DNA of 64,000 nucleotides from Eledone cirrhosa. Lineage: Eukaryota. Numbering within the stretch: position 1 is the first letter of the stretch; the number at the start of each line of letters is the position of its first letter. The position numbers were made by a program, and so were the translations under genes. Below, one piece after another: positions 1-15,134 of this stretch. The notes beneath the pieces are model-generated. The model was not told the DNA's origin. It worked only from the letters and a program-made list of their open reading frames with translations, and did no database searches. Location: contig OZ024742.1 of assembly GCA_964016885.1 (NCBI GenBank), forward strand, positions 83,390,001 to 83,454,000, written 5' to 3'.

Positions 1-376
1 ACTATTAACTCATAATGATAAATTGTTGCAACTTCTCTTAATATCACTTTAACTACACCGAATTCATTTGTCATATATTTAAATGAAATTAATGATTTAT
101 GGCAGCAATCAGTTTTAAACGCAATAATAATCATCACATTTCTGAACCTGTGAGTTGACAGGTGATTATCTTTCTAGTTTTTTTGCTTTTTTTATCTTAA
201 TATTCGAGTAAATTACAACCCAGACAATTCAAAAAATACCAAACTATCGATGAAAATTGTCCATATATATGTGAGCACCTTGACAAGCCGATAAGCTCAA
301 GGTCCGAGTGCAATTTAGTTGCACGTTGACTGCAAACCAATCGGCTAAACTGTCTATTTGCTCTTCACACCTAAAA

Positions 377-539
<163 letters not shown>

Positions 540-743
540 TTGGTAGGATACCAGGTGGACCACAACGGACCAGAGTACTCAATACGTAGGGTAGTAGAGT
601 GGTTAATCGGAAAAGAATCAGTTAGTTCGGATCTAGCTGTCGAAACGGCAGGAGCTCAGCAATCAGGGTCCTGGGTTTTTTCCTATATATATATATGTGT
701 ATGTGTATGTATAAATATATATATATATGTATGTGTATATACA

Positions 744-815
<72 letters not shown>

Positions 816-819
<4 letters not shown>

Positions 820-2679
820 TTGAAGACTAAAATACAAAGAGGGCTCGATAAGGATAAATATATATCAAATTCTATTAAGGATTCTAATGCCGTGCACGTC
901 CATTCCGACAAAACTGGCAACCTATATCAAGTGGAGCGCAGTACTTACCACCAACTACTGCATAATGCTGTAACTAAGGATTACCGTAAAACTTAAAACT
1001 AATCGGTGCGTCATTAATGAAATCGACGATGCTGGGTTTAAAATCACCTCTGATTTCAACATCTTGGACCCCATTTCTCCCCACCTTACCCTGAAGGATC
1101 ACAAATCCAATTTTCCGAACAACCCCTCCATTCGGCTTATTAACCCGACGAAGTCCGATTTAGGTAGACTTAGTAAAAGGATTCTTGATAGAATTATACC
1201 TGAAATTAGAAGTTTGGCGCCTATTGCAGTGTGGAACAATTCTTTCGCGGTGATTGATTGGTTCAACGGCATATGCAACAAGTAACATTGCCGTTTTATC
1301 CAATTCGACATCAATAATTACTACTCCTCCATCATTTACCACTTCTCCTTAGAGCTATCAATTTGGCTAAAACACTCACAGTGGTTAAGGATTTCGAAGT
1401 TGATGTCATCCTCAATGCCCGTAAGTCGGTGATTAATTTCGACGACTCTATTTGGATTAAAAAATCTAATAGTACCCTATTCGACGTTAGTATGGGCGCC
1501 AGCGATTCTGCCGAGGTTACTGATTTTATCGGCCTTTTCCTTCTTTTCTCTATCAAGGACGAATTCCCCAACGTGGGCGGTGGTTTGTACCGTGATGATG
1601 GTCTTTTGACTATGACTAAGTGCGGCCACGTGCTTGCGACAGGTTCAGAAAAGAACTCACAGCCTTCTTTAAAGGCTTCAACTTCTCTATACAGGTTGAG
1701 GCCAACCTCTGGGTCGTTAATTACCTCGACGTTATCCTCAATTTAACGACTGGCTTGTATTACCCGTATAGAAAGCCAAATGATACGCTTAATTACATAA
1801 GTAAGCATTCTAACCATCCTGCCAGCATAACCAAGAACCTGGTAAGAAACGTTTCTCTGAGGCTTTCCCGTCTATCTACTAACGAGCATACTTTCAACGA
1901 CCATTCCACATATTACGATGAAGCTCTTGCTCGGAGTGGATTTGTCGATAAGGTAGCATATACAGAGTACGAGAATAGACCTAGAAGAAATAGATCCCGA
2001 CGCATTATATGGTATAACCCACCATATAGTATGGAGGTGGCTACACCATTAGCTAAGATCTTTCTATCCCTTATTACGAAGCATTTTCCCCCTACACATA
2101 AATATAGTACAATTTTTAATAGAAATACTATTAAAATTTCTTACTCTACGACTCCTAACCTTGAACATCACATCACAGCTTCAAATTTATCTAAACTACC
2201 TAGCCGTAGGAACATGTGCAACCCTGTAGTTGGTACTAACTGTAATTGTAGGAATCGGGTTGATTGCCCCTATCCGGGAAATGCCTCTCTAGTAACATTG
2301 TCTACAAATGTAAGGTTGAAACACCCACGTCCCGTAGGGCCTACATAGGGTTAACCGCCAATAGATTCAAGCAGCGTCTTTACATGCATACCCATTCTTT
2401 TCGTTACCTCTAAGAAGGAATATGACGTCACTTTCAGCTTATATCTGGAGTCTAAAAGACAACCATACCCAATATAAGTTACACTGGGAGATCCTAGCTA
2501 GGTCTAGATCGTATAACGGAAATAAAAGACCATGTGACCTCTGCGCCGCTGAGGCACTGGAAATACTCTACGTCACAGACCACATCTTAAACAAAAAATC
2601 TGAGGCAATTTCGGCTTGTAAACATAAATTGCACAAAACTTTCCTGTATTACAGCCCCACATTATACCCTAACGGATAA
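816..2679 (+). pseudogene. PLE RT + GIY-YIG endonuclease, frameshifted
   Basis: ORF pieces 1064-1285, 1363-1746, 1620-2348 and 2422-2679 join into one PLE polyprotein. Confidence 0.88.
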
Positions 2680-3257
2680 TACGATCTATACGCGGATATT
2701 TTACGTCTGGATGTGGTAGCTAAGTATATGTTATGTTTATACCATTACTTATTTGCATAGGTAAGTATATATTACCTGTATGTTTTGTGAAGGTACTTAT
2801 ACTTTCTCGTACGTATATTTGCTTGTATATGTTATGGCGTATATTTTATATATTCTGGTACATATGCTTTTGGTTATGTGTATACGTGAGTTTAGCGTCT
2901 GTGTGAGTATGCGGGTACGTACGTATGTAGGGTGTGTGTATATGTGTACATCGTGTTTTGGTTGACGTACGTCTCCGAACATATGTGTATTTACATGTAG
3001 GTATGTGTGTGCGCTTGTTATATACGTATTTATTTATTTATATACGTTTATTTAACTATTTGTATACACGCACTCACACACACACATATTTATATGTGCG
3101 TGTATTTGTATACCTATGGCGAGTGTTTTCGCTTATGCTTGTGTATGTACGTATAAGGATGCGTGTATGTATTTATTTAATTTCAATTACCTCTGTATTT
3201 TATTTACTTTATTCTTAACTCTGAAGCCGAGAATCATTCGGTTTCCTAGTTAGAATT

Positions 3258-3529
3258 TTAGTCTACGACTTCAGTTATACCATTTACGTGGTTTTGTCTT
3301 TGCGTGCAATTGTTCTCCACGTCCCACATATGACGTATTATCTTCGTTTTTTTTCGTTCATTGCCAGAAAACGTCTCTATGAACCACCTAAGAGAATATT
3401 AGTCTACGAATTCTTTAATGCCATAAACGTGGTTTTGTCTTTGCGTGTAATTGTTTTTCACCGCTCCAAATAATGACGTATTATATTCGTTTTTTCCCGT
3501 TCTTTGCCAGGGAACGTTTCCACGAACCA
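3258..3529 (+). repeat. Two diverged ~140-bp tandem units in the PLE 3' UTR
   Basis: tagtctacga...acgtggttttgtctttgcgtg...gaacca occurs at ~3258 and ~3399. Confidence 0.85.
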
Positions 3530-3676
3530 AAGTATCGTCGTCCTGTCTTCCTCCGGTTGCAACGTCGTTTTTGAAATATTCACTTCTGCGTTCACAGATT
3601 GACTTTGTTAGTTTCAGAAGATCCCGTTAAGTGTGAAAGCAGCGCTTCTTTGCTTAAACTTTAATCTGTTATTTTA

Positions 3677-4256
<580 letters not shown>

Positions 4257-4259
<3 letters not shown>

Positions 4260-4555
4260 ATTCCGGGTTGAATCGGAGGTAACCACAGAGAAACTTAAAA
4301 ATAAGGAGTGGCACCTCATCCTGAACTTGTTTTTAGAATTCTTTCTGCCTTTGTCACTCTAAATATAAATTATAGCCTTAAAGAATTAGCTTTTAATTAA
4401 TTCCTTTTTCTATCAACCAATGACCTACTCACTTCCCTCTCCTACCACTTGAAGAGGCCTATAAATACCATACTTATTTGTTGATACCCAGATTCCTGAT
4501 GATTTCTAAAGAATGAAACAGTTCTAGTCCTGTAGAATCTCATCTATATTAAAAC

Positions 4556-4557
<2 letters not shown>
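4257..4557 (+). mobile_element. Non-coding HHR-bearing pLTR-like element (family A)
   Basis: Homologous to 51640-52003, 53161-53720 (-) and 63660-64000; CCAAT and TATAAA upstream of the HHR; begins with an inverted copy of the family 3' tail; (TA)n on both sides. Confidence 0.8.
4490..4540 (+). ncRNA. Type I hammerhead ribozyme, intact core
   Basis: agattc CTGATGA t-ttc-taaa-gaa-t GAAA cag-ttctagtc-ctg TA gaatct. Confidence 0.88.
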
Positions 4558-4588
<31 letters not shown>

Positions 4589-4625
4589 TATACATATTTT
4601 TATTTATATATATATAAGTATGTTT

Positions 4626-5410
4626 GTGCGAATGATTTTAAGCATTGTTTCTATGTGTTGGTATTTTAACGATAGTTATAGCTCTGACTTACCCAAAGTA
4701 TTGAGCCCTCTGCCACACATTTCGAAGATTGTGTTTCGTGATTTAGTGGGCTGAGATTTCGATTCTCGATTATTTATTTGTATTTATCTCCAGTCTTTAG
4801 CTATTGACCAGTTAATTTTATTGATTTTTTAGTTAATCTTATTGACTGATGAATAGCTCTTGTTAATTTTGACACGTCTGTTGAGAACTCTAATTCGATA
4901 TGTGATATTTTGTATTTTTACATAAATATACACTTTACTGAATTCATTCGCTTATTATAGGGTTCCCTCCCTTGCTGACTCCATGTGCGTTTAGTAACGG
5001 GATGGGAGTCTCTATATTTCTGAACGTAATGCCTGTTGAGAAAGCAGCTTCCTCGTTCATCTCTTTACCAGCAGTCAGATATAATTTTTATGTGGGCCGA
5101 CGGTAATTGATTATGGAACTGCAGAAACCCATAAAGCTAGATATTAACATCTTTCTAGCGGGTCCGGGTAAGATTTTACATTCATTTAATTTATTAATTT
5201 ATTAATTTATTATTTGTTTGACCCGAATTTTCCTGTACGTTTTTTCGGCTGTGCGAATGATTTTAAGCATTGTCCCTATGTGTTGGTATTTTAACGATAG
5301 TTATAGCTCTGATTTACCCAAACTATTGAGCCCTCTGCCACACATTTCGAAGATTGTGTTTCGTGATTTCGTGGGCTGAGATTTCGATTCTCGATTATTT
5401 ATTTGTATTT
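4626..5410 (+). repeat. ~625-bp unit with ~160-bp terminal direct repeats
   Basis: 4626-4785 is nearly identical to 5251-5410; TA-rich flanks. Confidence 0.85.
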
Positions 5411-5523
5411 TTATTTTTATTTGTATTTATTTGTTTTTATTTGTATATATAAGTATGTATAAATTTATATATATGTGTGTCTCTATAAATGTGCGTGTAT
5501 ATTGATTATATATATACATATAC

Positions 5524-5800
<277 letters not shown>

Positions 5801-6323
5801 ACTGTATATATCTATATATATATGTCCGTGTGTGTGGGGGGGGGTCACCCCTGGCGCATTCCTTTTTCCCCCTGGTTGAGTTACTTCAGGTATCGCAATA
5901 CACCTCCTATCCTTCACGTGAAAATTATCATGTGCTGTCCCTCACACATATTTTCTTGTTGGCTAAAACCAGCCGAAAGTTTCATCGGTGAGCGTCCCTT
6001 TTTCTGCATCTGTTTGTCTCCAGGTCTTACTGGCCCTTTTCACTGTTTATTGTATGGTTTAAATGACGTACATCTATGTTGTATGTCTATATACCTAAAT
6101 TTGTATTTTCTTTTTGTCTCTTCATCTTAATATTCTAAGGAGAGTGTTTTATTATTTTGTCAGACAGTATGACACCAGATGGCCCCAGCAGTACCGCCGG
6201 TAGAGATCGGAACTGTGTTCCTCATTCTCGCCCGTCGATGACAATGGACTATTTATTTTATTTTATTGCCAATATTTCAATATCATCCATGGCATGTTTT
6301 TCCGTCTTTCCTGATTTAAGTTG

Positions 6324-6426
<103 letters not shown>

Positions 6427-6983
6427 ATTACCTTGTTGTTCCAAGTACAAAGCTAGGAATCGATAAAATAATTATACGCAATATCAAATTCGATCAAATG
6501 TACACACCTCGTTTACCGACAAACAGTGACCTTATGCCTTTCCAGTCATAATAAAGCCCCAAAAAACCTTTTAAAAAATAAAATGAGAAGAAATTCATTA
6601 TCTTTGACGCCAGACCGATAAAAAAAATTAACGAGCATAATAAATTTAATGCTCTGAAAATTTATTGCTTTCGTTTGAAGAATAAGTGAAAAGTAAATTT
6701 TGAAAAAAAATCTCCCATCCCCCCAAGAAAGAAGTAGTACAGAAATATAATTACAAAAGAATCAAATAAGGGTTAAAATAAAAACAAAATAAACCTCTTT
6801 AAAAAAATATAAAAGTGTAGATCTATAAAAGATATTAAGAAGTGAAAAACGTTCTAATGAAGTGTCATTGATTTTTGTTTTGTGTCGGAAATTGTTTCCA
6901 AAGATGTTGAATGTTTGAATGTATGGCGTGATTCATTTATGTTCCCGTCCTTTCCTCTCTCTCTCTCTCTTCCTATATATAAC

Positions 6984-7027
<44 letters not shown>

Positions 7028-7049
7028 CTATATATACTTAAACACACAC

Positions 7050-7080
<31 letters not shown>

Positions 7081-8029
7081 TGTGTATATATATACTTATA
7101 TATATATATATGTGTGTGTGTGTATGTGTGCGTGTGTATAATGTACTTTTGTCTGTGCCTGTATGTGTCCATGCAGTGGATTTTGCAACATAGGTAGAGC
7201 AACGGGTATATGTTATGACTATTTGCACACAGTTCAATTCTCATGAAAGTCCACTTTGCTACATTATCCGGTGCTGGTCGAAAAGAAATTTCAAGCTCAG
7301 AACTGGCGCAGACGTTTCTCCTTCTAGTTTTCATATCCTGTATTATTTATATAACCATGTATTGGTTGAGAGGATGTCTGTATCTCCTTGTGATGACATC
7401 ATTCCATACATCCTTTAACAAAAACAAGCATAGTACATACTGAATGGCGAGTAAGGCCTTAAATATCGTTGTCTGTATTTAGGTGAACAAAATATGTGTG
7501 TGTTTGAAAACATATATTTACATAATCTATTTTTAGAACGATTGAGCGACAGGAAGTTTTTGAATTTGAGAGTTAGAAGCATCAACTTTGTTTGACTATG
7601 AAAAGTTGACTAATGAGTTGGATATATTTACCCCGGAGGGATTTCAACCTGTTTCTTCCACGAATTTTGGTTAAAACTAGCACACCTATTAAAAGATGGT
7701 AGGATTTTATTTGAGTGTCAATTGATACAATTTGTAGTTGACTGTGGCGACAATTATATGTTCACCTGCTGTATATATATTGTATGGGTGTTGTATATTT
7801 TGCTTGTATGTCTGTGCTTTTGCTGATCAATCGGTGTCCACCGATTGGACAAATTTATAATCACTCATTTAATTAGGTCCACCGACAGACTTTTCTGATA
7901 TAACCTTGGTTATTAGGTTCTGTCAGGGATATATATTCCCTATGAGTGTTTTGAGGATTCCAGTCGGTTTGCTTCTTTTTTATATATATGTATTTACGTC
8001 TGAAAGGGCGGTGTATTGTCAGTATCGGT

Positions 8030-8200
8030 GGAGCGTCGGACAACATGCTTTGTGGCATATAGTTATGTCCCTTTACGTTCTGAGTTCAAACCCCAACGAT
8101 AAAATCGATAAAATTTAGTACCAGTAACGCTCTGGGTTCTACCCAATCAACTTTCCTCTCTCCAAAATGTTGACCTTATGCCTAAATCAGAAACCATTTT
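8030..8200 (+). mobile_element. SINE fragment (octopus-type family)
   Basis: tttacgttctgagttcaaa...gataaaatttagtaccagt...tgcctaaatcagaaacc, shared with other copies in the window. Confidence 0.65.
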
Positions 8201-10799
8201 ATATTTACGTATGCTGCGTGTATATTGAGCTATATAGTAATGTATAATGTATAATTGTATGGATTTTCCTCTCCCTCACGTTTTCTCTATCCTTCTCTAT
8301 CAATCTATATCTCATTCAATTACTCCCGCCCTCACCTTTAGTGTATGTGTCTGTGTCTGCTCTAATATAATTATACTGTTGTGTGAGGTAGTTGTTTGTC
8401 GTTTTAAACTTGTTTTTGTTTGTAATAATGAAACGTATTAGAGTCCGTATGTGCTACTGCTAGTTTGTTGATGACTGGATTATGTTTGGAGTAATTATAC
8501 AATTGTGTTAGCAGAAACATGAGAACAGATGCATATGAGGGTATATGCAAGTTTTGCCAAGATGGTGGAAGATAATATAAGTATGAGTAGTTGAGAAGAC
8601 CGATCCATTTGGGACATTTCATATTCCAAATGTGTTATTCCATTATATTACAAGCTCAAAGCAACCTAGGACATAATTTGCTCACAAGCTATATATGTCG
8701 TTCTTAAGCAGACGTTTAATACGTTTGCGTAGACATAAAAGGGGGAATGTTTATGGGAGCTCTGGTGTGTGTAATATGTTTTTCTTGTTGCAGCTATTAT
8801 GTTTTTTGTAAAGTTTGCGTGTAGTTTGATAGTTGTGTTTAATACTCTGAATACTTATGGGAGAAATGTAAAAGTGATATATGGTTTGTTAATGGGATTA
8901 GCGAATTAGATTTGTTTGTTAGTTTTCTGAGGTGTTACCTCCATTGACCTTAACCTTATGAATTTGCCTCATTTCCAGATTTTGAAAATTGTAACTGAAT
9001 TATTTTTTTTAACTCTTAAATTGCCACTTAATGATCAGACCTACACAAAAAGACACTCTACCTATTTTTCATCCTGTATTTCTTATATCTAAAATAGTAG
9101 TGGCGTATCCTAAGGGAACTTTATCAGTTCTGAGACGTTTAGTGAATATGTTGGTGATTGTATTCACTCCTTTAGGAACTGGTTGTTTTAGTGTATTTGC
9201 CGTTTATTTGGTCATATGACGTGTTAATTTTAGCTATTCCATAACGATTATAAGAAAAGAGTCAGAAGTGACTTCTATGTGACAATGGCATATTCTGCAA
9301 ATCGTGTTCACAACTTTTAGTATTTTCTGTTTTGACACGTAATCCTTAAAATTAGTTTGCTTGTCATTCCAGTTATTTAAAGGAAATGTTTCAAATGTGA
9401 ATCAAACTTACATCGTAAATCAAGAAACACTGATGGACATGAGATCTACTTGCATACGGAGCACATGGATATTGCTATTATTATTACAAATATATTTTCA
9501 ATTGGTTCAAGATTTGAAGACAATGAGAATATGCTGTATCGAATTGCTCGGTTTTGCGCTTACAATTAATAGTAGTGTAAATGAACTAAAATTGCTTTTA
9601 TTTACAAATGAAATTAGATAGCGAGCATACCTCCCTGAGCAGTTATATTAATTAATGGTTCGTTTTAGACAGTTGATAAATATTTAGTAAATCATTTCAA
9701 AGAATGAATTTCTATTATTTCGCAATAGCTTAAAGGAGCCAGTAATTGAATTTTGACTGAGAAAACCAAAATAAAAACAAGCACACCAAAACAGTTATGT
9801 ATTCTCTCATGCTTCGTTTATCCATCTCAAGGCAAATAAATATATAAATGAACACAATAAATTAGCAAAGAGAGAATAAACAAAATGCCAATAGCATGAG
9901 TGAACATTTTTCTACTGTTGCATAAAGTGTGATAGATTTATTTTCTCTCCTATAAACTACGGAAAACTTCTGGCTGATAAAAAGCAAAATGCTTTAGGTG
10001 TTAAATGAACCAGCTCTGTGCAGCATGGAGACAATATTATTTTATTAAAATTATTAATTAGTTTGTTTCATTTGCTTTCATTGTTCTACATACAGAAACA
10101 AGCATTAATGTTATTATTAAAATAAAGTACCAGTAATGCACTGGGTAATTGCTGGCCTTGTGCCTAAAGTAGAAACAATTAATGTTATTATTGCTTTGCA
10201 ATGTAAAATCTTCTAGGGCCTGTCGGATACCAACAAGGACCTTATTCAGACAATATCTTCCCAAGTATATGTGCAAGGGCCATAACGGGATCCTTTTCTA
10301 GAGCAGTATGTTATTTGATGTCTATCTTCTTAAGATATCTTCCCAAAGCTGCGTAGACAATGGAGGTTTTCTGGTGCTGTTAAGTGTTATTCACTACGTT
10401 TTTACTTTTTAATATATTCCGTCATTATTTCAATTTCTTTCAAGTCTATATTGTGATCTTCTGGGATGGAAACCTCAATAATCTAGCATTCAAATTGGCA
10501 ATGTAATGTTTATCCAAATACCGTAACTTTTTCTCCACACAGAAACTAGTTCCAAAACTCTTCTTTACCCTCTTATGATTTATTAGGATGTAATTATTGT
10601 CTCTCATTCTCTATATATTATGTAATATCTATTAATCCCCTTCATCCAGCCGTGGGTTTCATGTGAAGCCTTTTTGCATATGTTTGTTGATTTAATGCCG
10701 TTTGCAAGGTCGTTATTTTTATTGTTCTACAGTCTCATCAAACTCAGCATTAGTCAACTTAAGGATCCCATCACTGTACCTATCAAAGATACAACCCAG

Positions 10800-12590
10800 G
10801 TGCTTACAACAAGAATTGAGTTGCCTCCAAAGAATTATGAGTTAACGAGAAGTTTATTTTCTGCACATATGCTGTTAACTTTTTACATTGTTTTGCAATA
10901 TATCTGGCTGATACCGGGATCCAATACACGGACAATGAACGAGTGGATTTTGTTTCCTTCCGATCATCTTGGACAAGCTTGGCTGACGACACTTCTATGA
11001 CTGTACTGTTGTTCCTGAATGAACTATGCTCCTCGGTTGCACTGCTATGTCAGAGGTTTCTGGAAATTATCTTTTGGCCATAGGCTGAAAATCCACCGGA
11101 AAGAAATAGGATGTAGATGTTTCTTGAGACCTATAGACTTCCCGCGAACGCTGTCCATTTCACCCGCCACTAATCCTCCAAAGAACGCCGGAGAGGAACT
11201 TCCATCAACCACGTTGCCAGACTGCTAGAGGGGTTTGTACGCTTCTCTGCATTCCGGTTGCAAAATAAACACCATTGGTCTTCGCTTGGCCGAAAACTGC
11301 TGCTGTGACAAAGATAGAAGCAGGGGAAAGATGCGTCTGGTAAAAGCCGAGCTCACTTGTTCACCGTCAAGGTAATAGTGGAGAGGTCACAGCCTCAGTG
11401 CATGTCTGCTCTTTATCATCCTCGGCACGTGCGGTAGTTTCAATCCTGATACCGTGCTGTACTCACGTAAAGTAGATCTAATCACCACGATTTGCTTGAT
11501 TTTGACATTATTACGGTGTCATTGTACGCATCCTGTGTCGCACCGGATAGATCCTGGACGACTCTAGTTTCTGCAGTTGTGGTTCTAGAGTGAAAACATA
11601 TAGAAGAAACGAGAGGTGATAAACGTAAGAGATATAGTGTATGATACTGAAAGATTCCGATACGTGGCCATTTGATCTGCCCACCGAAAAGTTGTCGCTG
11701 TACAATGTAGTAAACCAGCGCCACATGATTGAACCGAAACCGGCTGCAGTGAGAGTAGACGTCAAGTACTAATAGTTAACCTTATCTCAATTATCCAGGG
11801 TTCTACAGTTCTATAGATGATTTAACGGATAAGGTAGATGTTGTCGGTGTCGGAGATGTATCTTCCACAATGTAACAAGCTTCAACCCCTGCAGTAATAT
11901 TTTACCAAAAGTGTAAACACAATATGATCCCACTTTCTCGACTCCTATCTCAGAAGCCCTCATACTTTTCCTATTATAGAACTGGGAATTTTCTTGTTTT
12001 GTTGATATGTGCGTTAACGTCTGCCAGGAGGTCACCCAACAAATATGATATATAAGTTCGCATCTAGTTACACTTTATAAGTGAAAAGACCATCCAGCCC
12101 AGTCGATTTGTCACTGAAATTAACCTTTCGTATTTCACTGACTGTAATCAGGCTGCCACACTCCACCTCTTTTGCCAGAGTCGTGGAAGGCCGTCGATGT
12201 ACGCTCTGATGTCAATCATTGGATTGATGTAGTCATTTTCTTTAATGTTTCTGTGTTTATGTATGTAGTTCGTTAATGTTTGCATCTATGGCCGTGTAGC
12301 TAAAGATGTTTTTCTTTGTTCGGTTTGCCTTTATACTCGTATTGCTGGTTCCGTTGTGTTTGTGGATGTGTGTTAGATTATATTTGGTTATGTTTTAATG
12401 TTTGTACTGTTGTGGTGTCTGCTGTGTTTTCTGTGGTGGTGTTTGTTGTAGTAGTGGCGGGGTCGTTGTTTCTGTTTTGTTTTAAGCCAAGAAGTAGTTG
12501 TTTTGTTTCTACAATTATTTCCTTATTGTTGTTGTAGTCCTCGTGATGGTGACGGTGGCGGTGATCTGACTGACAGTTAAATGGAAAAAA
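10800..12590 (-). mobile_element. Heavily decayed, internally deleted Tx1-type LINE
   Basis: Minus-strand peptides STLTAAGFGSIMWRWF, RHALRL, DNFQK and YIDGLPRL match ORF2 of 36077-41810; ACA-rich ORF1-like end. Confidence 0.75.
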
Positions 12591-14270
12591 CATCAGTTAT
12601 ATTTGAAAATGAAATCTACCTCGTGGATGTTACTTCTAGATGATAAACAGCTTTAGCTGTTACCTTCAGCGGACGTAGCAGGCGGAAAGTTTGCCTCTAT
12701 TTTTGGCTAAAAACATGGGTGTATATGATATCTAAATTACATATATTGCCGCGAAGGAGTGGAAACAAGGGGGAACTAATACATTTTCTTTGCGCATGAT
12801 TAGTTTAGCCATGGGATATAAAACTAATCACGCTAGTATTGTTTTCGTTATTCGGAGTATTACTTCTATTACACTTAGTGTAGTACACTAACTTCGTGAT
12901 AACAAAAAGCCTTTCATTCCTTTGAATCACTTAAATGTAAAATCTTTGTCCTTATGACCAGCAAGCTACCCACCCGACCAACCAACTTACCAAGATGACT
13001 TTTCGGGAAAGGAATCACCCCACTCCCACTCCCACTCCTTTTATCCACTGTATTCTTCACTCGGTATGTGGAAGTCAGCCACCTACCTCCGCCACCGTCC
13101 TCCTATAGCTTCTCTTGTAACGATGTTGCTTTATTGTTTGTATGTTTCCAAATGAAATCAGAATGTTTGGCCTCGCTAACACAGGCGGTCGATCTTAATT
13201 GACGAAGTTGTCTTTTGATTTCCTAATGAACATATTCAGTGATGCTTGCCAGAACGACCAAGAACCACGACCAGACCCATAACCAGAAGCAAAAGCCACC
13301 AATCGATTCCAGTTATTTCGGGTTCCCCGTCGCCTTTACAATTCCTCTATTTATTGACTGCCAAACAAAAAAGAACCAGAAAGTCGTTAAACATAATATT
13401 ATGGAGTGTCGCAGTGGGGACGATGGAATCTAAAGTAGCTGCATCGATAGTGGTAGGGATGCAATTTAGTGTAGAAGAGATAGTAAGTGACAGTACTAGT
13501 AACAGTAGTGGTACAGACATCTGTTAATGCGGTAGAATAAGTAGAAATAGTGATAGTAGAAAGGTTACAAATAACTGGTGTCATTGATATTGCTTAGTCA
13601 CAGACTGATTGAGCAAGCCTACTATGATACAAAGGCATTTTTATTCATGTAGAATTTCTATATCTGTGTCTCATTTTATTTTTAAAATGTGGGATGAGGT
13701 TGAAAGAGATTTAGCATATAATTCTAGCTAGTTAACTGAGTATGTCGAGGCATTCTATTTGTTAAATTGATATGCCGACAATGTAAGACTTCGGTAGTGG
13801 TGGAACTGAGAAAGATTGGAAAATGATTATATAAACATATGATTATTGGTGGTGGAGGAAACGATAATTAGTGTGGCTAAGTGTAAGAAAAAGAAATACA
13901 GACTCATCCATAAGATACACAAGACTGGGTGAATATTAACATTCAATACACTGCTAATAGAAATATAATCTGTACCGCTCCCTCTCTTCTTTTCCTTCTC
14001 TGTCTATGTGTGTCTATGTATGTCTGTATGTATAAATATATATATATATACGGATTAACAAATAATAGTTAAATGCAGTCCACTTAGGTGAAGTCCAGTT
14101 ATGGTATTCCAGGTAGTGGATGATATTAACGCTTGGCTTGGTTTGACTCAACAAGGCGTTTTCATAGTGATGCTGCGGGTATGCTGTAATTCCTATGTTG
14201 TAAACACTTGGAGTAATAATAAATCAGGAAAGAAGGTTTACATGGTTTGCTATACAAAAACGTTTTTAAT

Positions 14271-14387
14271 CACATAGCTTACATTTGTTTCACTGAGCTG
14301 GTATGTCTAGAGATCGCTATCCGCCTAATTTTGCGTCACTCGATCGCCAATACAGAATTATAACCAGTCAGATCTTCGGAGCATGCG
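14271..14387 (-). ncRNA. Hammerhead ribozyme with long stem II, one core substitution
   Basis: cgcatgct CCGAAGA t-ctgactggt...accagctcag-t GAAA caaatg TA agctatgtg. Confidence 0.65.
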
Positions 14388-14741
14388 AGAATGAAGAAAA
14401 TACACAGGCAAGAAAATAAAAGAAAATATGGAGTAGTTATGGCATTCAATTAGAACAATAACAACAACAATTATTACAACAATGCTATCAATAAACTATT
14501 TAAGGAGACCCTGACATTACTTAGGTGGGGGGTATATAATGTATCTAATGTTACGGCGTGAAAACCAGCTGTCATAAGGCAAAAAATATCGTAGTGTGTA
14601 TCAATTTTAAATTATAAAGATAAGCTAGTTTTTACAGTCTTTCTCTTCATCTTCAACAGTATACATGAGTGGGACCACTGTCAAAGCTCAATAGTTGTAG
14701 AGTTAATACAGAGGTTAACGAATTAATATACGCATATATCT

Positions 14742-14786
<45 letters not shown>

Positions 14787-15134
14787 TATATATATATAAA
14801 TATAAATATATATACACATATATGTGTACATAGACACATACATACACATTAATATACACTCGTACAAAAATATACATACATGCAAAGAGAAAAGCGTGCT
14901 AATTGTAATATGGCAAAAAGAAGGTAAAGTAACATTGTAGTAGTGAAATGAGAAAAACTAGGATCTAGGATCAAATGATTGCAGCAGCTGAGAAGGAGTA
15001 TGATTGTTGGTAGATCAGGTATTTACAGACAATTGTGTGGTATAGACTTGTGAAGGAAATAGTATACTTAATGAATATATATTTTTTGTGGGTAGTAGGT
15101 ATCCTAATTTAAAGCTATGTTATGTTGGTTCGAT

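Noticed and set aside
273-363. HHR-like fold TTGACAA gccgat...atcggc TAAA
   Set aside because: G12 is missing and stem I is mismatched; at best a decayed copy
816-2679. Selenocysteine recoding as in some Naiad elements
   Set aside because: The interruptions seen are TAA stops and frameshifts; no in-frame TGA at Cys positions and no recognisable SECIS
3608-3655. CAGAAGA tcc...t GAAA at the PLE 3' end (also 5670-5715, minus)
   Set aside because: Core is altered in both copies and no stem I can be built; not called as an HHR
5071-5170. GAAAccc...gggTC half-hammerhead
   Set aside because: No CUGANGA in a compatible position
10190-10700. Possible 3' end of another RLE LINE on the minus strand
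   Set aside because: Only a weak AHILGKILS-like match; too decayed to call
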